NCBI RefSeq assembly: GCF_006345805.1
Contig: NC_043015.1
Span: 8,122,001 to 8,186,000 of the forward strand
Origin: Octopus sinensis
Lineage: Eukaryota
DNA: 64,000 nucleotides
Reading direction: 5' to 3'
The notes under the pieces are model-generated. The model saw nothing but the letters and a program-made list of their open reading frames with translations. It did not search any database and was not told the origin of the DNA. A program made the position numbers and the translations under genes. This document shows, in pieces, positions 37,830 through 52,449 of the stretch (positions are counted from its first letter, which is position 1; the number at the start of each line of letters is the position of its first letter).

Positions 37830-39529
37830 CACTTGCGTCGGAAATTAATTAGCACTTCTCAGATTTCTACATTTTCTTACGTTTTCTTAATTTAATTAAC
37901 TTATTATCAGAAACGAACTCGTTTATAATCAAAATTTTATTAAAACATATCCCAGCACACCACATAATTGTTATTAATCGTGAAATTTAGTCAATATCTT
38001 GTTACTCCTCCTTTGGCAGCAATGACAGCTGCTACGCGGGTCGGCATGCTGTCTATGAGTGCGTGCAGGGATGGCCCTCCATGCAGCAAGAAGTGCCCCA
38101 AACAGCTTGTGTCGGTTCCTGTATTGCTGCACATTCAAATCCCTACCCAATCGACTCCAGAGGTTCTCAATAGGGTTCAGGTCAGGTGACTGGCCAGGCC
38201 AGTCCATGACCGTCACCCCATGGTCCTTGAAGAAACCGATTGTGAGCTTGGCTGTGTGGGAAGGCACGTTGTCCTGCTGGAGCACGTACTCCTCGCCACC
38301 AAAGAGGTATCCCGCACTATCTCAACGTATTTTGCTGCGTTGATGTTGCCTTCGACGGCATAAAGCCGCCCAACACCACTGTAGCTGAACGCCCCTCACA
38401 CCATCAGACCACCCCCACCATGCTTCATGGTGAGAGCAATGCAGTCTTTGTTGAAGCGCTCACCCCTGCGGCGTCGCACATGGACAGGCTTGTCACTGAC
38501 GAGACTGAATCACGACTCGTCAGTGAACATCACTGTCCACCACTGCTGCACGGTCCATGTCTTGTGGGTACGGGCCCAGAGCAGCCGCCTCTTTCAGTTT
38601 TGGGCTGTAAGGAGCGGCTTATGGGCGGCCCTACAGGATTTTAGACCAGCTTCCAGTAATCTGGTCTTGACGGTGGTTGTAGACAACTGCTTCCCTGTCA
38701 TCTTTTGCATCTCCTCCGCCAGTTGCTGGCTCGTTGCCCTTCGGTTGTACAGCGACTTTCGGATCAGCATCCGGTCTTCCCGCTGGGTCGTCAGCCTCTT
38801 CCGTCCCCTACCCTTTTTGTCAGCGGCTGATCCGGTTTCCTCGTATTTCTTAAATAAGCACTGAATTGTGCGCCTGGCTACACCAAGTTTTCTGGCTATT
38901 GCAGCCTCCGACAGCTTCCTACGCCACGAGAGAGCCTCGTACCGTCTCTCCAAGGTCATGCGAGGTCTTGGGCCCATCTAGGAATGAACGATAAAAACCA
39001 GTTATTTTCATTAAAACTATCATTTGAATAATGTTATGCTATAACAAAACTGCTATGAGTTATTATTCATTAACAAAAAAAAGAAAGAAAGCAGAATTTC
39101 TCACCTTATTTGATGTATAACAGAAAGTTTTGTGAACCAGAGGTGACGTCATCAAGCAGAGTGTAGGAGAATTTGTGAGGAAAAGAAATCTTGCAAATAC
39201 ACAAATCAATTAACCTACGAGCTGTTCAAAACGTCTTACGCGATGAGAAAACTTAGTACGGTGTGATTTCGGTCCTTGCGAGGCGCTACCTATATCTATT
39301 AAACAAAGGAAGATTTGTCTGCATCCGCACTCCAAGTTGTTGTTGCACTGCTATGTCAACATTATTAGGCTGTAGACTCTCAAACTGCTCTGCAAACAAA
39401 GTTACGTCATCGTTCTGCGCAACAGTGAACTCACAACAAAGCAATAGTTCGAGATATGGCCACTAGGTGACTGCAAATACCTTGAGTGAAGAGAAAATCA
39501 AGGGTGCTAATTAATTTCTGACGGTAGTG
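37830..39529 (-). mobile_element. Full-length 1.7-kb Tc1-family DNA transposon with TA target-site duplications
   Basis: TIRs CACTTGCGTCGGAAATTAATTAGCAC and CACTACCGTCAGAAATTAATTAGCAC (3 mismatches); TA at 37828-37829 and 39530-39531. Confidence 0.92.
37974..38977 (-). pseudogene. Frameshifted Tc1 DD34E transposase
   Basis: HTH region with GRGRKRLTT (38594-38977), VMFTDESRF, QQDNVPSHT and WPGQSPDLNPIENLW (37974-38285). Confidence 0.9.
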
Positions 39530-39559
39530 TATATGTGTGTGTGGACATCTGTATGTGTT

Positions 39560-39610
<51 letters not shown>

Positions 39611-42033
39611 TATATATACACGGAATAGGATGGGGCTGAACATTTCGTAGCTTGAAGGGCATCGCATACGGCCCGATATTGCGAATTTTTTACAGAACTT
39701 AGAAAAAATTAAACGTCCGCTGCAATAGGTATATGAATCTAAGAAGAGAAAATGGTAAATAAAATCATAATTAAATGATCCTCCAGTATTTTCTTTTACC
39801 TAAAATTAGGAACCTTTCAGCAGCCTCTCGCGTATAAATATATCAGACAGCCCACAGTTTCTCTTAATAGCGTTTTTGTTACAAGTACAAACGTTTATCT
39901 TACAGCATATTCCCTAATATCACCTCATCATCACGGATACTGTGGAAGTGAACACTGAGATCTTGAATGATCTTTTAATAAATGCCGGTGCGTGTGAATC
40001 CAGAAGCAAACAGTTTCCCCAATCTTGTCCACGAGAGTGCTATTTTGTTTTATATATCCTAGTATATTGATAAATGAATATGTAGTTAATGGAATTTGAA
40101 ATCAAAACAATATTTCTGTAACACATACTAGAATCCATGTGAAAAAATCCCACTACTCATGCACACATAAGTATATGTTTGTGTGTGTGAGTATAAATAT
40201 ATGTATATATATATGGTTATCCGTAATAATGAAGGGTGAAATTAATTAATTTGGAAAAATTATCAATTACACCAAGTAGTCTTCGGCATATAAAAGCCTC
40301 ATTCGAGGAAAATTTAAGTAATACTAAGCAATAAGGGTTTAGCAACGAGTTGCCTTACCACATACCGAATTTAGAAATAGCAGTCAAAGGGTTATAGCTA
40401 TTTCTTCTATGTATATATTCGTGAGTGAGTTTATATGTAGTTTGCTATTATTGCCCTCTTTCTATGATCGCTGTTTAAAGGTCTAGTGGCCTTTCTTTTA
40501 TTTCCTCCCCGCTCTCAAATAGCCCTCCTCCAGTAACACATCTTGTCTTTCCTTCTACTTATATTACATCACCTTTCTCATCTCATATATAGATTTCTTT
40601 ACTCTTCTCGCTTGTCTTTCAATTTCTGTTTCGTATATTGCCATCAATATCTCTTAACATCTTTCTCCAGGATAAAATATGTTCTACAGCTCGAAATTTG
40701 CATATTAATTTTTACCGAAGCAGCAGCTCATCATTATTCATGATTTTTGTTTTAATGTGTTGTTTCAGAATTTTGGATAAGTAAAATCTATAAGACTCTT
40801 TATGCTAAGAAAGTGAGCACAAATTCAGGGAGTAAATAGTAATTACATCTAGCATATACATTTGACAGTAGGCAAAACACAATGTTTCATGCAAATGTAA
40901 TATCTCTCGCCCGAGGAAAGGAATTTGTAACTGTCGTTATATTAAAAACAGAGAAAATATAAAAGGTGAGAATAATCATCTCATCTTGAATATAGATATG
41001 ACTGCAGAAAAGTTACAATATTTCATGGAAATAGAATAGTTATTGCCGAAGGAAAAAAAAAGAAACGAAACTGATAGATAATTCGTGCGGTGTATTAGTC
41101 CATCCAAGGTCGATAAAATAGTGCATATGTTCAGCTAGAGTCCGTTAGAGAAGAACTCCGTCCCTTAAACATTACTGGCCTTGTGCTTAAGTTAGAGACA
41201 ACTATAAAATGAGACAATCTATTTAAAAATAACCAGTGTAAAAAAGTTTACTTGAGTTGATAATGCTGCGAGGCGGTAGGAATTATATTGCTCTATGTAT
41301 AATAAGTAACTCCGGATATAGTTTCCTCTGCAAAGCATACTGGAAGAAATAGAGATGAGATTTCTAACAAAACCTAGGAGTTTATACATTGCTTCATTTA
41401 GAAAAAAAGAGAAGTGTTTTAGAAAAAAAATACCTATTGGGTGAATCGTAAAAAAATATAATTTTGACACACTACAATATAAGTTAATTGTAGCACCAGA
41501 TCGTGTTCAGTTTCTGTCTGTTCCTCAGGGAATAAAACTCCAATTTCACTACGTATTGTATTGATCAATTCTCTTATCTGTATTCACGTTGTCATAAAAC
41601 TTTCACTCTTTCTGTACATCGCAAATACAACGAAAAGAATAGGAAAAAAAAAAAAACTCCCCAGAAAACTATGTTTTTCTTTACATATTGAAAAAAAATG
41701 TGCTTGTTTTTAGTGTTTTGTTGATGATACCGTCGTTGATTGAGGCGATTGAGGCTCAATATGGTTAAATGTATTCGAGTCGTAGCGTAACCATCTTATC
41801 ACACACACAAGCAGATATGCGCAAACCCCATATGTATTTGTAAATGCAGGTATACCTCTGCGTTTGCTTGTATAAGTAAGTAATAAAGAATATCTGTATT
41901 CACTTAAACATATACACACACAGATACACACACATATACATGTATCTAAGTATGTACTGAAATATTTCGCACGAAATCTGAGATTCTAGTGGCTTGAATA
42001 TGGACCAGAAAAATAAGGTGACATTAAATACGC

Positions 42034-42385
42034 GCAGGCTTGGCTGTGTGGTAAGAAGCTTGCTTCCCAACCTCGTAATTTCGGGTTCAGTACTACTGTG
42101 TGGAACTTTGGGCAAATGTCCTCTACTTTAGCCCCGGGCCGACCGGAGACTTGTGAATGATTTGGTAGACAGAAACCGAAAGACGCCCGTCGTAAATGTG
42201 TATATGTATTTATGTGTGTGCGTTATTGTATCTGTTTATATCTCCCACTCCGAAATAGAGCGAGAGAAAAAGTACTAGACTTAAAAAAAGTTTTGGGGTC
42301 GATTTTTCCGACTGAAACCCTTGAAGGTGGTGCTCCAGCATGGCCGCAGTCAAATTCACTGAAGCGTAGAAACGAGTAAAAGAAT
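42034..42385 (+). mobile_element. SINE family B, diverged
   Basis: GCAGGCTTGGCTGTGTGGTAAGAAGCTTGCTTCCCAACC...CAGCATGGCCGCAGTCAAA. Confidence 0.8.
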
Positions 42386-43903
42386 GTTAGAAGATTAACT
42401 TTTAATAAAATTATCTTCTTTTCGACTGAAATAAACTAAAATCACATCATGGCAACTGTAACCAAATGCATGTAAGCTGACAATCTCAGGAGTCAAGATT
42501 TCTTTGAATTTAATATGGAAGGAAGTAAAAAAATAAGTGTCTCAATTTCTGGAATGAAGAGAAAATTTCCTGGCATGTATTCTGCCACAGTAGGCGTGTA
42601 TCAAACACATCATTTATATTACCTTCTCCGGAAAAAGATATGCTATAAACATGCACTTAAGCAATAGAAAAATGTTATACGTTAGAGTTAGTTGTACTAT
42701 TGAAAAAAAAATTGTACTCAGGGAAATAAGTTAGTAATATCAGTGACATGACTATGGACAATAAAGATGAATGCAGTTATTTTAAACATAAAAACATGCC
42801 TACATGCTTACATATATATCTACATGTATATATGCATTGTTCATGAATCAACGTGTTAGTAAGTGGGTGTGCGTAGATTTATGCATATATAATATATATA
42901 TATATATAAATTTTGTACGACTCTTATTCTTTCAGTCTTTCTTGCTTTCATCCCCTTCACACTTTCTTCGTTCTTTCCACTTTTCTTTCTTGGTTCGACT
43001 ACCATCGGTGCAACATCTATATTCTTTCCCGTGGAAAACAGGACAAGTGAACACAGAGATATGCCCCTTCATCAATTGTCAGCTGTCTATCGCTACTCCC
43101 CGTTTCGAGCTGTCAACGACAATATGAGTCTTCAAACACGGCTGCTCCCCTAAATTCTAAAATAAAATTTAGGATTTATGGAACCAAAATTTGAAACCAA
43201 TATATTTGCCAATCGTAGTATTCGTTCCTTTAATATAGAAACATGTTTTGTTTTGTGCTTGATTTTTCTGATGTGTCTTGAATATTAAAATAATGCAATT
43301 AAACATGCTGTTGTATTATTTGATAGCATTTGCATGCAGTCGTCTCCATATAGAGCAGGAGACGTTATAGTAATGTTACATATTGGCCATATTTACGTAA
43401 TGCATAGAGAGTGGTGGGAATAATAGCACTTCATGTACTATGTTCAGCTTTACGTATTATGTTCAACTTCAAATTCCATCCCTCTAAGTGGTTATTCAAT
43501 CTGCTAGAAATAACCAGCACAAATTTAGATAACAGTATATTCCTTGGAAAATCGAAACACAAACTTAACGTACTTGTCTTTGATATATTCCAAGTCAGAA
43601 CAAACATGACGTGAGAGACTAGTATGCAGTTCTGCATCCTCATCAGCAATATACAAACGGGCACTCGCATTGGCACACACTTATGCACACATACGTACAC
43701 ATACGCACACGTATCAGTAAAGATATAAAGATATACGGACACACACACGCAGAATGAAATACATCGTCCCATACTATCATGTGTGCATAAAAATCACTGG
43801 TATAATAGCTCAATGTCAAAAATTCTCATACCCATGTCAGTGTTTGTGTGTGTGAATTCGTACGAATGTCTGTGAACGCCACCGCTCTCTCTCACACACA
43901 CAC

Positions 43904-43940
<37 letters not shown>

Positions 43941-43976
43941 GTATGAATATAGATATGCATGTACCCATATATATAT

Positions 43977-44019
<43 letters not shown>

Positions 44020-44026
<7 letters not shown>

Positions 44027-44224
44027 GGTGCCTATTCGGGGCAGAAACCTGCAGGCCATCGATTTTTCACGTTGAATATTTTGGTGCACGCAACCCTTCA
44101 CATAAAACTTATAATCAGGAGTAGTCTTGTGATCCAGTGCCAATGTAAAGAGGTGCGATTTGCAGAGACTGGTTACAAACTGAAAAGTTTTCTTCTCCGG
44201 TACCACTTCCGAATATCTGGATAA
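44020..44224 (+). mobile_element. Possible Penelope GIY-YIG remnant next to (TA)n
   Basis: RSSLVIQCQCKEVRFAETGYKL loosely resembles S.NVIY.I.C..C...YIGETG..L. Confidence 0.3.
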
Positions 44225-44589
44225 ATTGACGGACTGTATATTTATATTTAAGTATCATGCTCCTCAAAAACTATAAAATATGGTCAACTGGTTACCGAAG
44301 GAGAACAATAGAAATGTTTACTTGAAAAAAGTTAAGAGTAATAATAAATCAATATATATATATTTTATTCCGTTCTTCATATCTGTAATAAACATGCTAG
44401 TATATGATGCAATATGGAAAAGAACGAAACTCTCGAACACACACAGATAGGCTCACATACACACGATTATATGCACGCACAAACACACCAACAAAATAAC
44501 GCTTCCTTCTTAACATCTTAACGTGCGCAAAGAAATGATTAATGAAACGAATTGTTTGGAAATAATATATCGTATGTAAAATAACCATG

Positions 44590-44835
44590 TGGAGGTACGT
44601 GATTTAGTGGTTAGGGTATCAGTATCATGATCGTAAGGTTGTGGTTTCGATTGCTGGACCGGGCGATGCGTTTTGTTCCTGAGAAAAAAAACAACTCATT
44701 TCACGTCGCTCCAGTCTGCTCAGCCGGCAAAATGGGTAATACTGATATGGACCGGCGTTGCGTCCAGGTTGGGAATTTTTACGCCACGGAAACCGGGAAA
44801 CTGGCCCTTGTGAGCCTGGCATGGCTCCAGAAGGA
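44590..44835 (+). mobile_element. tRNA-derived SINE of a third family
   Basis: A/B-box-like TTAGTGGTTAGGG...GGTTTCGATTGC; body ATGGACCGGCGTTGCGTCCAGG...CCACGGAAACCGGG. Confidence 0.65.
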
Positions 44836-45320
44836 ACATTTATTTTATTTTTTATTCATGTAAAATAACCAGTGATAAAATAGAAACAATTACGCCTGTG
44901 TTGTTAGAGTGAAACTTATTGTAGGATGACAATAGTGTAAAATAATATTAGTAGAATGACCTGATTCGAAAACCTGATTCGAAAGTGTGAATGAGTTTGT
45001 GTATAACAAAATGATACACGGAATTAAGAATAGTTAAGAAAACATAACAGTAAACACTTCGTATATGAAGTGTCAAGATCTTGGTGTAATTTACTAGTAA
45101 ATGATGCGTGGTCGAGCGACAAACACTATCATAATACAGTGGATATGTTAAAGTTTTGCAGAATATATTTAGAAACTTGTATGGTATCATTGAAGACAGT
45201 ATGATTGAATGTGCAGGACATTTAGCTGAAATTTCTTGCAGTTCACGCGAACACCCTATCTGTCTGTCTGTCAGTCTCTCATTCTCTCATTCTCTATCTC
45301 TACCTCTCTCTCTCTATCTA

Positions 45321-45351
<31 letters not shown>

Positions 45352-45717
45352 ATATATCTCACTGCATTGAAGTAATTAGCTGTCTATCTTTATAATTGAA
45401 TGTGGAGGAAATTGATAGCTTAAGCTCAGACCCAAGTTTCGACAACATTATGCAACACACCGAACTACGCTGAAGGCACCAGTATTCTAGATGGTTATGT
45501 TGAATAGGTTGACGGCTGATGTCTTCTTCCTACCCACAATATGTTGTGATTTTAATTCAGAATTCACAAAATCCGTAGAAATACAGCAAGATATCAGGAC
45601 AAACGTTCTGTATATGCATTCTTTAATTCTTTTATGTATTTCAGCCAGGTGGCTGTGTTCATGCTTCAGTACCAACATGGTACGCAACCAGAGACATATC
45701 AATATACATGCATGTAA

Positions 45718-45819
<102 letters not shown>

Positions 45820-46189
45820 TATACGTACACACACACACAAACACTCAGACACACACACATACGCACACACACATACACACACACATATACACACACGCAT
45901 GCACGGTCACACGCATATACATACATATTATATATATATATATATATATATAGGAACTGCATTCTCGTATACGAGCAAAGCCATTGCTAGACAGAATCAT
46001 TGAAACGAATCTTGGATGATTATATTATGCAATGTGAGACACATTTATGACTCCTGAGCTTGGTCGATGGTTTGCACATTTTATTATATAAAGGCACAGG
46101 TGTGCTGGCTGGCAGAGGGAACAAGAGCCACTGCATGAAGTCTTTTGACTTGCCTTTTCAATCGTCCAATTGAAAGGCACACCTTTCCA

Positions 46190-46461
46190 CAGATTGCATG
46201 CGTTCTGTTATAGAAAAAATAGCCGTATCTCGTTTTGCAAGTTGATTCCTGTGAGTTCTCTAATGGCTGACCTAGCCTGCATCACTCAGGCATTTCCTCC
46301 CACACATGATACCCGTACAATGCAACACTGACTCACTTTCTACAGGCTCATTCTCCATAAGCCTTCTCTTGATCTTTCGTGATTAATTCGCTCCCTTTCA
46401 AACTTCGAGCAACCACTGAGCACTCTTTACTTTCTGCCTCCCTCTCCCAACAACTGAAACG
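46190..46461 (-). mobile_element. RTE-clade LINE 3' remnant, interrupted by the Tc1 insertion
   Basis: Minus strand RVLSGCSKFERERINH...CVGGNALSDAG*VSH*RTHR resembles the RTE C-terminal C..CGR.C.S.AGL.SH.R.H. Confidence 0.55.
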
Positions 46462-46463
46462 TA

Positions 46464-47560
46464 CAGGAGTTGGGCAAAATAATGGAAACACCTTAAAATT
46501 TCAAACAAATTTATTTTAATATGTGATATGACCGTCTTTAGCAGTAATTACAGCTTAAATTCTATGACATATGGATTCGTACAAAGTTTTGAATTGTTTC
46601 CAAAGAAATTTTTCTCCATTCTTCAGCTAAAACAGTCTCCAATTTTAGTAATGATGATGGTGGAGGATAACGACTCCTTAACCCTTTTTGTAAAATGCAC
46701 CTCAAATGTTCAGTAATATTGAGATCTGGAGACTGAGGTGGCCAGATAAATTGTTCAACTCCACTAGAATGATCCTCGTGCCATTCAGTAACAAATTCAG
46801 CTCTGTAAATTGGTGCATTATCACCCTGAAAGATTGCGTTTCCTTCCGGAAACTGTTTCGCAACCATAGGATGAATCTATTGAAATGCTTAAATATTCTT
46901 GACTGTTAATTCTGCCATGAATGTAAACCATTGGGCCGGCGGATTTCCAAGGTATAGTCGTCCAAGATCATTACAGATCCTCTTCCATGTTTCACAATTG
47001 GAAGAAGGCAGTCTGGGTCAAATGCTTCTCCACACGTATACTCGGCCCGTGTCTGGAAAATGGTTAAAGATGAGTTGTCCGAGAAAATAATATTCTTCCA
47101 CTGCTGTAGGGACCAATTCTGCAGATTTTTACGCCACTCTAAACGCTTTTCAACGTTTGTTATTAAAAGTAGTGGTTTCCTGATTGCAGCCCTCCCGTGA
47201 AATCCGATTTCTTTTTGTGGAAACTGGGTTCTCGAAGTGGTCATTAAGCTCTGCAGTAATTTTGGGAGATGTACTTTTGTGATCCCTTCTAATAATTTGC
47301 GTCAGAGTCCAACGGAGCACTATACGAGCACCAACAATTTGACCTCTTTGGAAGTTCGATAGACCTGTCATTTTAATGAATTTTAATTATCTTTTTTCTG
47401 ATGATATCTGAAAAGAAACATTAATTTTAGCAAAACATATTAAGCGACACTAATAATAAATCAAAAACACAAGAATAAACGAGCTTTGGATGGGTTTCTA
47501 GATATTTCAAAATTATGATGCTATGATGCTAGATGTTTCCATTATTTTGTCCAACCCCTG
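46464..47560 (-). mobile_element. Second Tc1-family element (~1.1 kb) with a decayed transposase
   Basis: TIRs CAGGAGTTGGGCAAAATAATGGAAACA and CAGGGGTTGGACAAAATAATGGAAACA; MTGLSNFQRGQIVGAR, IIFSDNS, FQGDNAPIY and WPPQSPDLNITEHL in separate frames. Confidence 0.88.
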
Positions 47561-47609
47561 CATATGTGTATAGTGTGTGTGTGTGTGTGTGTGTTTGTGT
47601 TTGTGTGTC

Positions 47610-47640
<31 letters not shown>

Positions 47641-47663
47641 TCGTGTATATAGATATATATACA

Positions 47664-47696
<33 letters not shown>

Positions 47697-48287
47697 ATGT
47701 GAAGTGTATTTTTTGCGTGAAGTGTATTTTTTTGTGTGAAGTGTGTAATTTTTTTTATCTTTAGGTGTGAAACGGTGCTAAGATTTTTTTTTGAAAATGT
47801 ATCAAGGAGTATTGAAACTGCCGGAAGTTTCTGGCAACAGTTCTTATCTGTCATGCACATTTGTAGAAATATATCTTCTTGAAAGAATGAATATAAAATT
47901 TTCCTTGCGAGAACTACAATATTCACTCGATTATTTTCTTTTTATATATGAAAAATATCTCTACTGTCTAACTATATAGTATAAAAGTTTCATATACTAA
48001 ATTTCCAAAAAGTTGAAAATAACTATATATAATATTTTGTAGTTTCGGATATTGAATAAAAAAAAGATACCTTGAAGAAAATGTAAGTTCAACAATGAAT
48101 ATTTTATGCACGGATGATCTATGCGATAACATGCAGCCTAAATAATCAATATATAAGTGCTCTTTTTACTAAATGTTCCTTCAAATTTTATATATAATTT
48201 TGTTCTTTAACGTTGTTCCCTCTTACAAATGTAGGTATTCTGGGGTGAATACATTTACACACACACACAGTTTCTCTCTCTCCCTCT

Positions 48288-48325
<38 letters not shown>

Positions 48326-49274
48326 GTTAATTTAGCTATATGCTTGCACATATGCATATGCATATATAATCGCTTCCGAATCTTTATACCACCGGTAGAT
48401 AATGGTAATATTTAATCATTTACAGATTCTATGAATAATGTTATATAATGTATATGTATATATATTTGTATATATATATATAAATATATATATATGATAT
48501 TTATAATCCTATAATCAACGCCAACAAAGGTACAAAAGTTATCTAAGAATCTGCATAACACATGTTGTGAATCATACATACAATTATAAAAGATATACAC
48601 TAAAACATAAACTAAACATAAGTATTCATAATAAACGAAAGGGTATTCATTTCAGATAACCATGCACTTTCCTTCCTCAGCTGTCTAACGGATATCAACG
48701 TGATTTTGACAGATAAAGCAAGAACATTCGCTGTGTTCGTTCGAAATATTTTTAGGAAAACAATGTTTTGTAGTATACAAATCAAATATTTGTATGCTCT
48801 TACACGTCCTTATTCCGAACGTTAACTTTCCAAATATGCAAATAAACATAATTCGAATTAAATCTGTTACATACTAATAAAATGACGTAAGTAATATTAT
48901 GACCAACTCAGAAATCGTACATACCATCCTATGAGTCTAAAATAAAATTTGAAAAGAACATTGTATAAATTGATCTAAATTATATGGTGTAATGATAGAA
49001 GTATATTACTTACTAATATTTATGAAATAATACAAAACTAACTTCATTCAGAGAATTACCTTGAAAGAGGCTACAAAGCAAACTTTGTGGTCATATTGTG
49101 TTCTAATAGCGAACCAAGGTCTCTTCGTTGCAAATGAAAGAAATCTCCCACCAAATTATGAGTCGAGCAAAAAATAATTCGCGTTCTGCAGGGACCAGTC
49201 AACTCAGACGAAAGACAAACCTATTACGTCATAGCAAACTAAGCAAACATGCTAATCAATGAAACTCACAATTA

Positions 49275-49662
49275 GATAATCTTTTCTACTCTAGGCACAA
49301 GGCCCAACATTTTGTGGACAGGGAACAGTCCATTCGATCGACCCCGGTATGCAACTGATACTTAATTTATCGACCCTCAAAGGTCGAAAGGCAAAGTCGA
49401 CCGCGGCGGAATTTGAACTCAGAACTTAAAGACAGACGAAATACTTTACTACCCACAAGAGGCTAAAAACAGAGAGGACAAACATGGACAGACAAACAGA
49501 TTATATCGACCCCAATGCGTAACTGGTACTTATTTAATCGACCCCGAAAAGATGAAAGGCAAAGTCAACCGCGGCGGAATTTGAACTCAGAACGTAGCGA
49601 CAGACGAAATATCGCTAAGCATTTCGCCCGGCGTGCTAACGTCTCTGCCAGCTCTCCGCCCT
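49275..49662 (-). mobile_element. Two adjacent or nested SINE family A copies
   Basis: AAAGGCAAAGTC.ACCGCGGCGGAATTTGAACTCAGAAC occurs twice (about 49390 and 49555). Confidence 0.85.
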
Positions 49663-50633
49663 ACTTACACTAAGATAATATCACTCTAATATTTTACCTT
49701 GCAAAACCTGAGAGAAGCCAGAATTTATTTTAAAAATATTTTTGTAAAGCAAGACTACAATTAAATCGCTATCTTAATATTTATCATTAAAGACTTGCTT
49801 TATATGTTCTAAAATCTTAATAAAAACTCCAAACACCAGTTACTTTGTTATAGTTAGTTTTCCAGTTCTCGGTACATTACATGGACTGAAAACAGGCTAC
49901 ATTTGCAATGCATGTAGTTTATTAAGAGTACAACACGCGAAATGAGGCCAAAATTTAATTCTCAAGTAATACTCTAGTAGCAGAAGATTTATTACACAAC
50001 TCAGCATGCAGACAATTAATCCTCTCAAAATTCGCAGCAATTAGATTAGTTTACAAATTTGTCAGAAAAAATTTGAATTATAAAATATCAAATAACAACA
50101 ACTGCAATAGTTAGCTTGCGGACTTAAAGTAATATATTTCTTTTTCCCAAGCACGCACATGGAAATTAAAATGAAGAGGCTACATGTAGGAAGCTGCTAA
50201 GTGTTAGAGACCGCTAAGTATTAGAGGCCACTAACAAAGTGTCATTATTACTCCTCACGAGAAGACTTTAATTTATCCAAATTCTTTTCTGATAAAAGAA
50301 AAATATAGATTAACGAAAGAGTCTGATAAACGAAAGAGTCAAGTCTATTGAAAAGGTTGCAAGACGCAACGGCAATTTTAGAAAATAAAAATTAGAAATA
50401 AGTGGAAATTTTACCGGTGAATGTGTTAAATAATAATGCACTAAAAGAGAATGACTCCCCAGACACAACAGAAAGATATACATTTTCTTAAAGAAACTTA
50501 ATATATAAAACAGAAAATAATACACATGCAACATCTAAATTAACTTCATATTCTTAGGTTTTACGCAAAAGTTCCATCATATACTTTATAAATCAAATTC
50601 GTCTATTAACGGCTTCGGGATATTTAACAAAAA

Positions 50634-50864
50634 GGCGGCGAGCTGACAGAAACTTTAGCACGCCGGGCGAAATGCTTAGCGGTAATTCATCTGGCGTTAC
50701 GTTCTGAGTTCAAATTCCGCCGAGGTCGACTTTGCCTTTCATCCTTTCGGGGTCAATAAATTAAGTACCAGTTACGCACTGGGGTCGATGTAATCGACTT
50801 AACCCCTTTGTCTGTCCTTGTTTGTCCGCTCTAAGTTTAGCACCTTGTGGGTAGTAAAGAAATA
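50634..50864 (+). mobile_element. Full-length SINE family A with a 15-bp target-site duplication
   Basis: TSD GATATTTAACAAAAA (50619-50633) and GATACTTAACAAAAA (50865-50879). Confidence 0.9.
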
Positions 50865-52449
50865 GATACTTAACAAAAACTGACCAAGTGATATTTAGCA
50901 CTTAGTGAACTATGTTGCAATGTGTCTCTTTGCTAACTTTATGCTCCATCTGCACCATTTCCTCTTTTTAGGTGTCTTGTGTAACTTGTGTACGCAAAAC
51001 TGTTTAGGAATACACCTCGCTTCCACCACATAACTACCACTGAAATTCTCAATTTTCTTCGATTTTAAGTTTTTATCGTTACATAATTACTTCCATCTAC
51101 TTTCTAATTAATTCAAATTCAACATCTGCAATCGATTGTCACTCCTAATTAATTGGTCAATATCATCGCATTTTTTTAGAAACGCTGGCACAATTAGTCG
51201 CCGGCGCTATACCATATTTCTTATTAAACACACGACGTACAACTTCCAACTATCGAATTTTCTTATAACATATTGTTGGCTTTGGAGTGTAATAGAAATA
51301 TTGCTCAAGAGGAAATGCAGCTGGACTCATGCGAAAATATCTAATACAGAACTATGTATCAAACACACTGATACGGTTCTGCTTGTATGATAAAGTTGTA
51401 TATACCAAACATTTGAGTCATTGAGTTGATGTCTTTCTGGTCACCGAAAATGCAAGAATAGCAGCCTGATGATCTTTAAATTACCACCAAAAAGAATTGT
51501 GCAATTCTAAATCCCCTAACTACAAACAAGGAGTTGATGAGAGATAGGATAATCTAAAAATCAACATATTCCTCAATAAAATAATATTGGCTGGCAAATG
51601 AAGTATTTTCCACGTAGCGGCTCAGTGTCACGGAAAACAAAGAAGCTAATATTCTACTATATCACGACATAATGCCTTTGAAAGAAATTTCTAAAGAACA
51701 TATTGGATAATCTAGTGTAAGTTGACGCATGATTGAATATATGGGTTTTGTTATGGACGAAAACATTTCTAATGTTACTGGTGATTGTTCATTGTGGACC
51801 TTGAGCTGACCAACGAAGAATCAAAAAGAATATATAGTGTGAGATCATGTGCCACGGATTAATTCAATTCTGCTCTTGCATTAATTTTGGGACGAGATAA
51901 CTTCTTCACGAGAAAATTCAATCGGATAATACACTTTTGGAGTTTTTGATGAATGAATCCTTGGCTCCAAGTGATGTTTGCAAAGAGCAATCATATGCAT
52001 TGGGTTTCATCTATTAAAATATTTATAATCCCAACCATTCTTTCTTTACAACAGTTCACAGAAACTTAAAAATAACTTTGTATATTCAATGGTTATAACC
52101 CCTTATATGTTTGTATAACGGTACGTAATATTTTTGCACATGATCTATTAACATGTCTTAATATTGTACAAATTCTAATATTTTCTAGTAGAAATTATGT
52201 CCCAAAATTAAGTTGCTGATTCAATTTCCACTCACCTTGTTTACGTGTTCGAACACTCTATTAGCAATGACAGTCAGAGTTTCCTTAAAAGATTATCAAT
52301 TTCGTAATACAACGGAATGGCATGAACTTTACGGACACAAATAAAAATTAAAAAATAAGGGAAAGAATTATTTTGGATTGGAGTACCTTTCGACATATAC
52401 CTGTCCGATAAGTATTTCTTTGTGATAAACAATAGTAACAACAACAACA

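Noticed and set aside
43600-43630. Other isolated CTGANGA hits (6487, 43620 minus, 48676 minus, 51467, 52494, 61619)
   Set aside because: They lack a correctly placed GAAA plus stem III/UH, as expected for chance 7-mers
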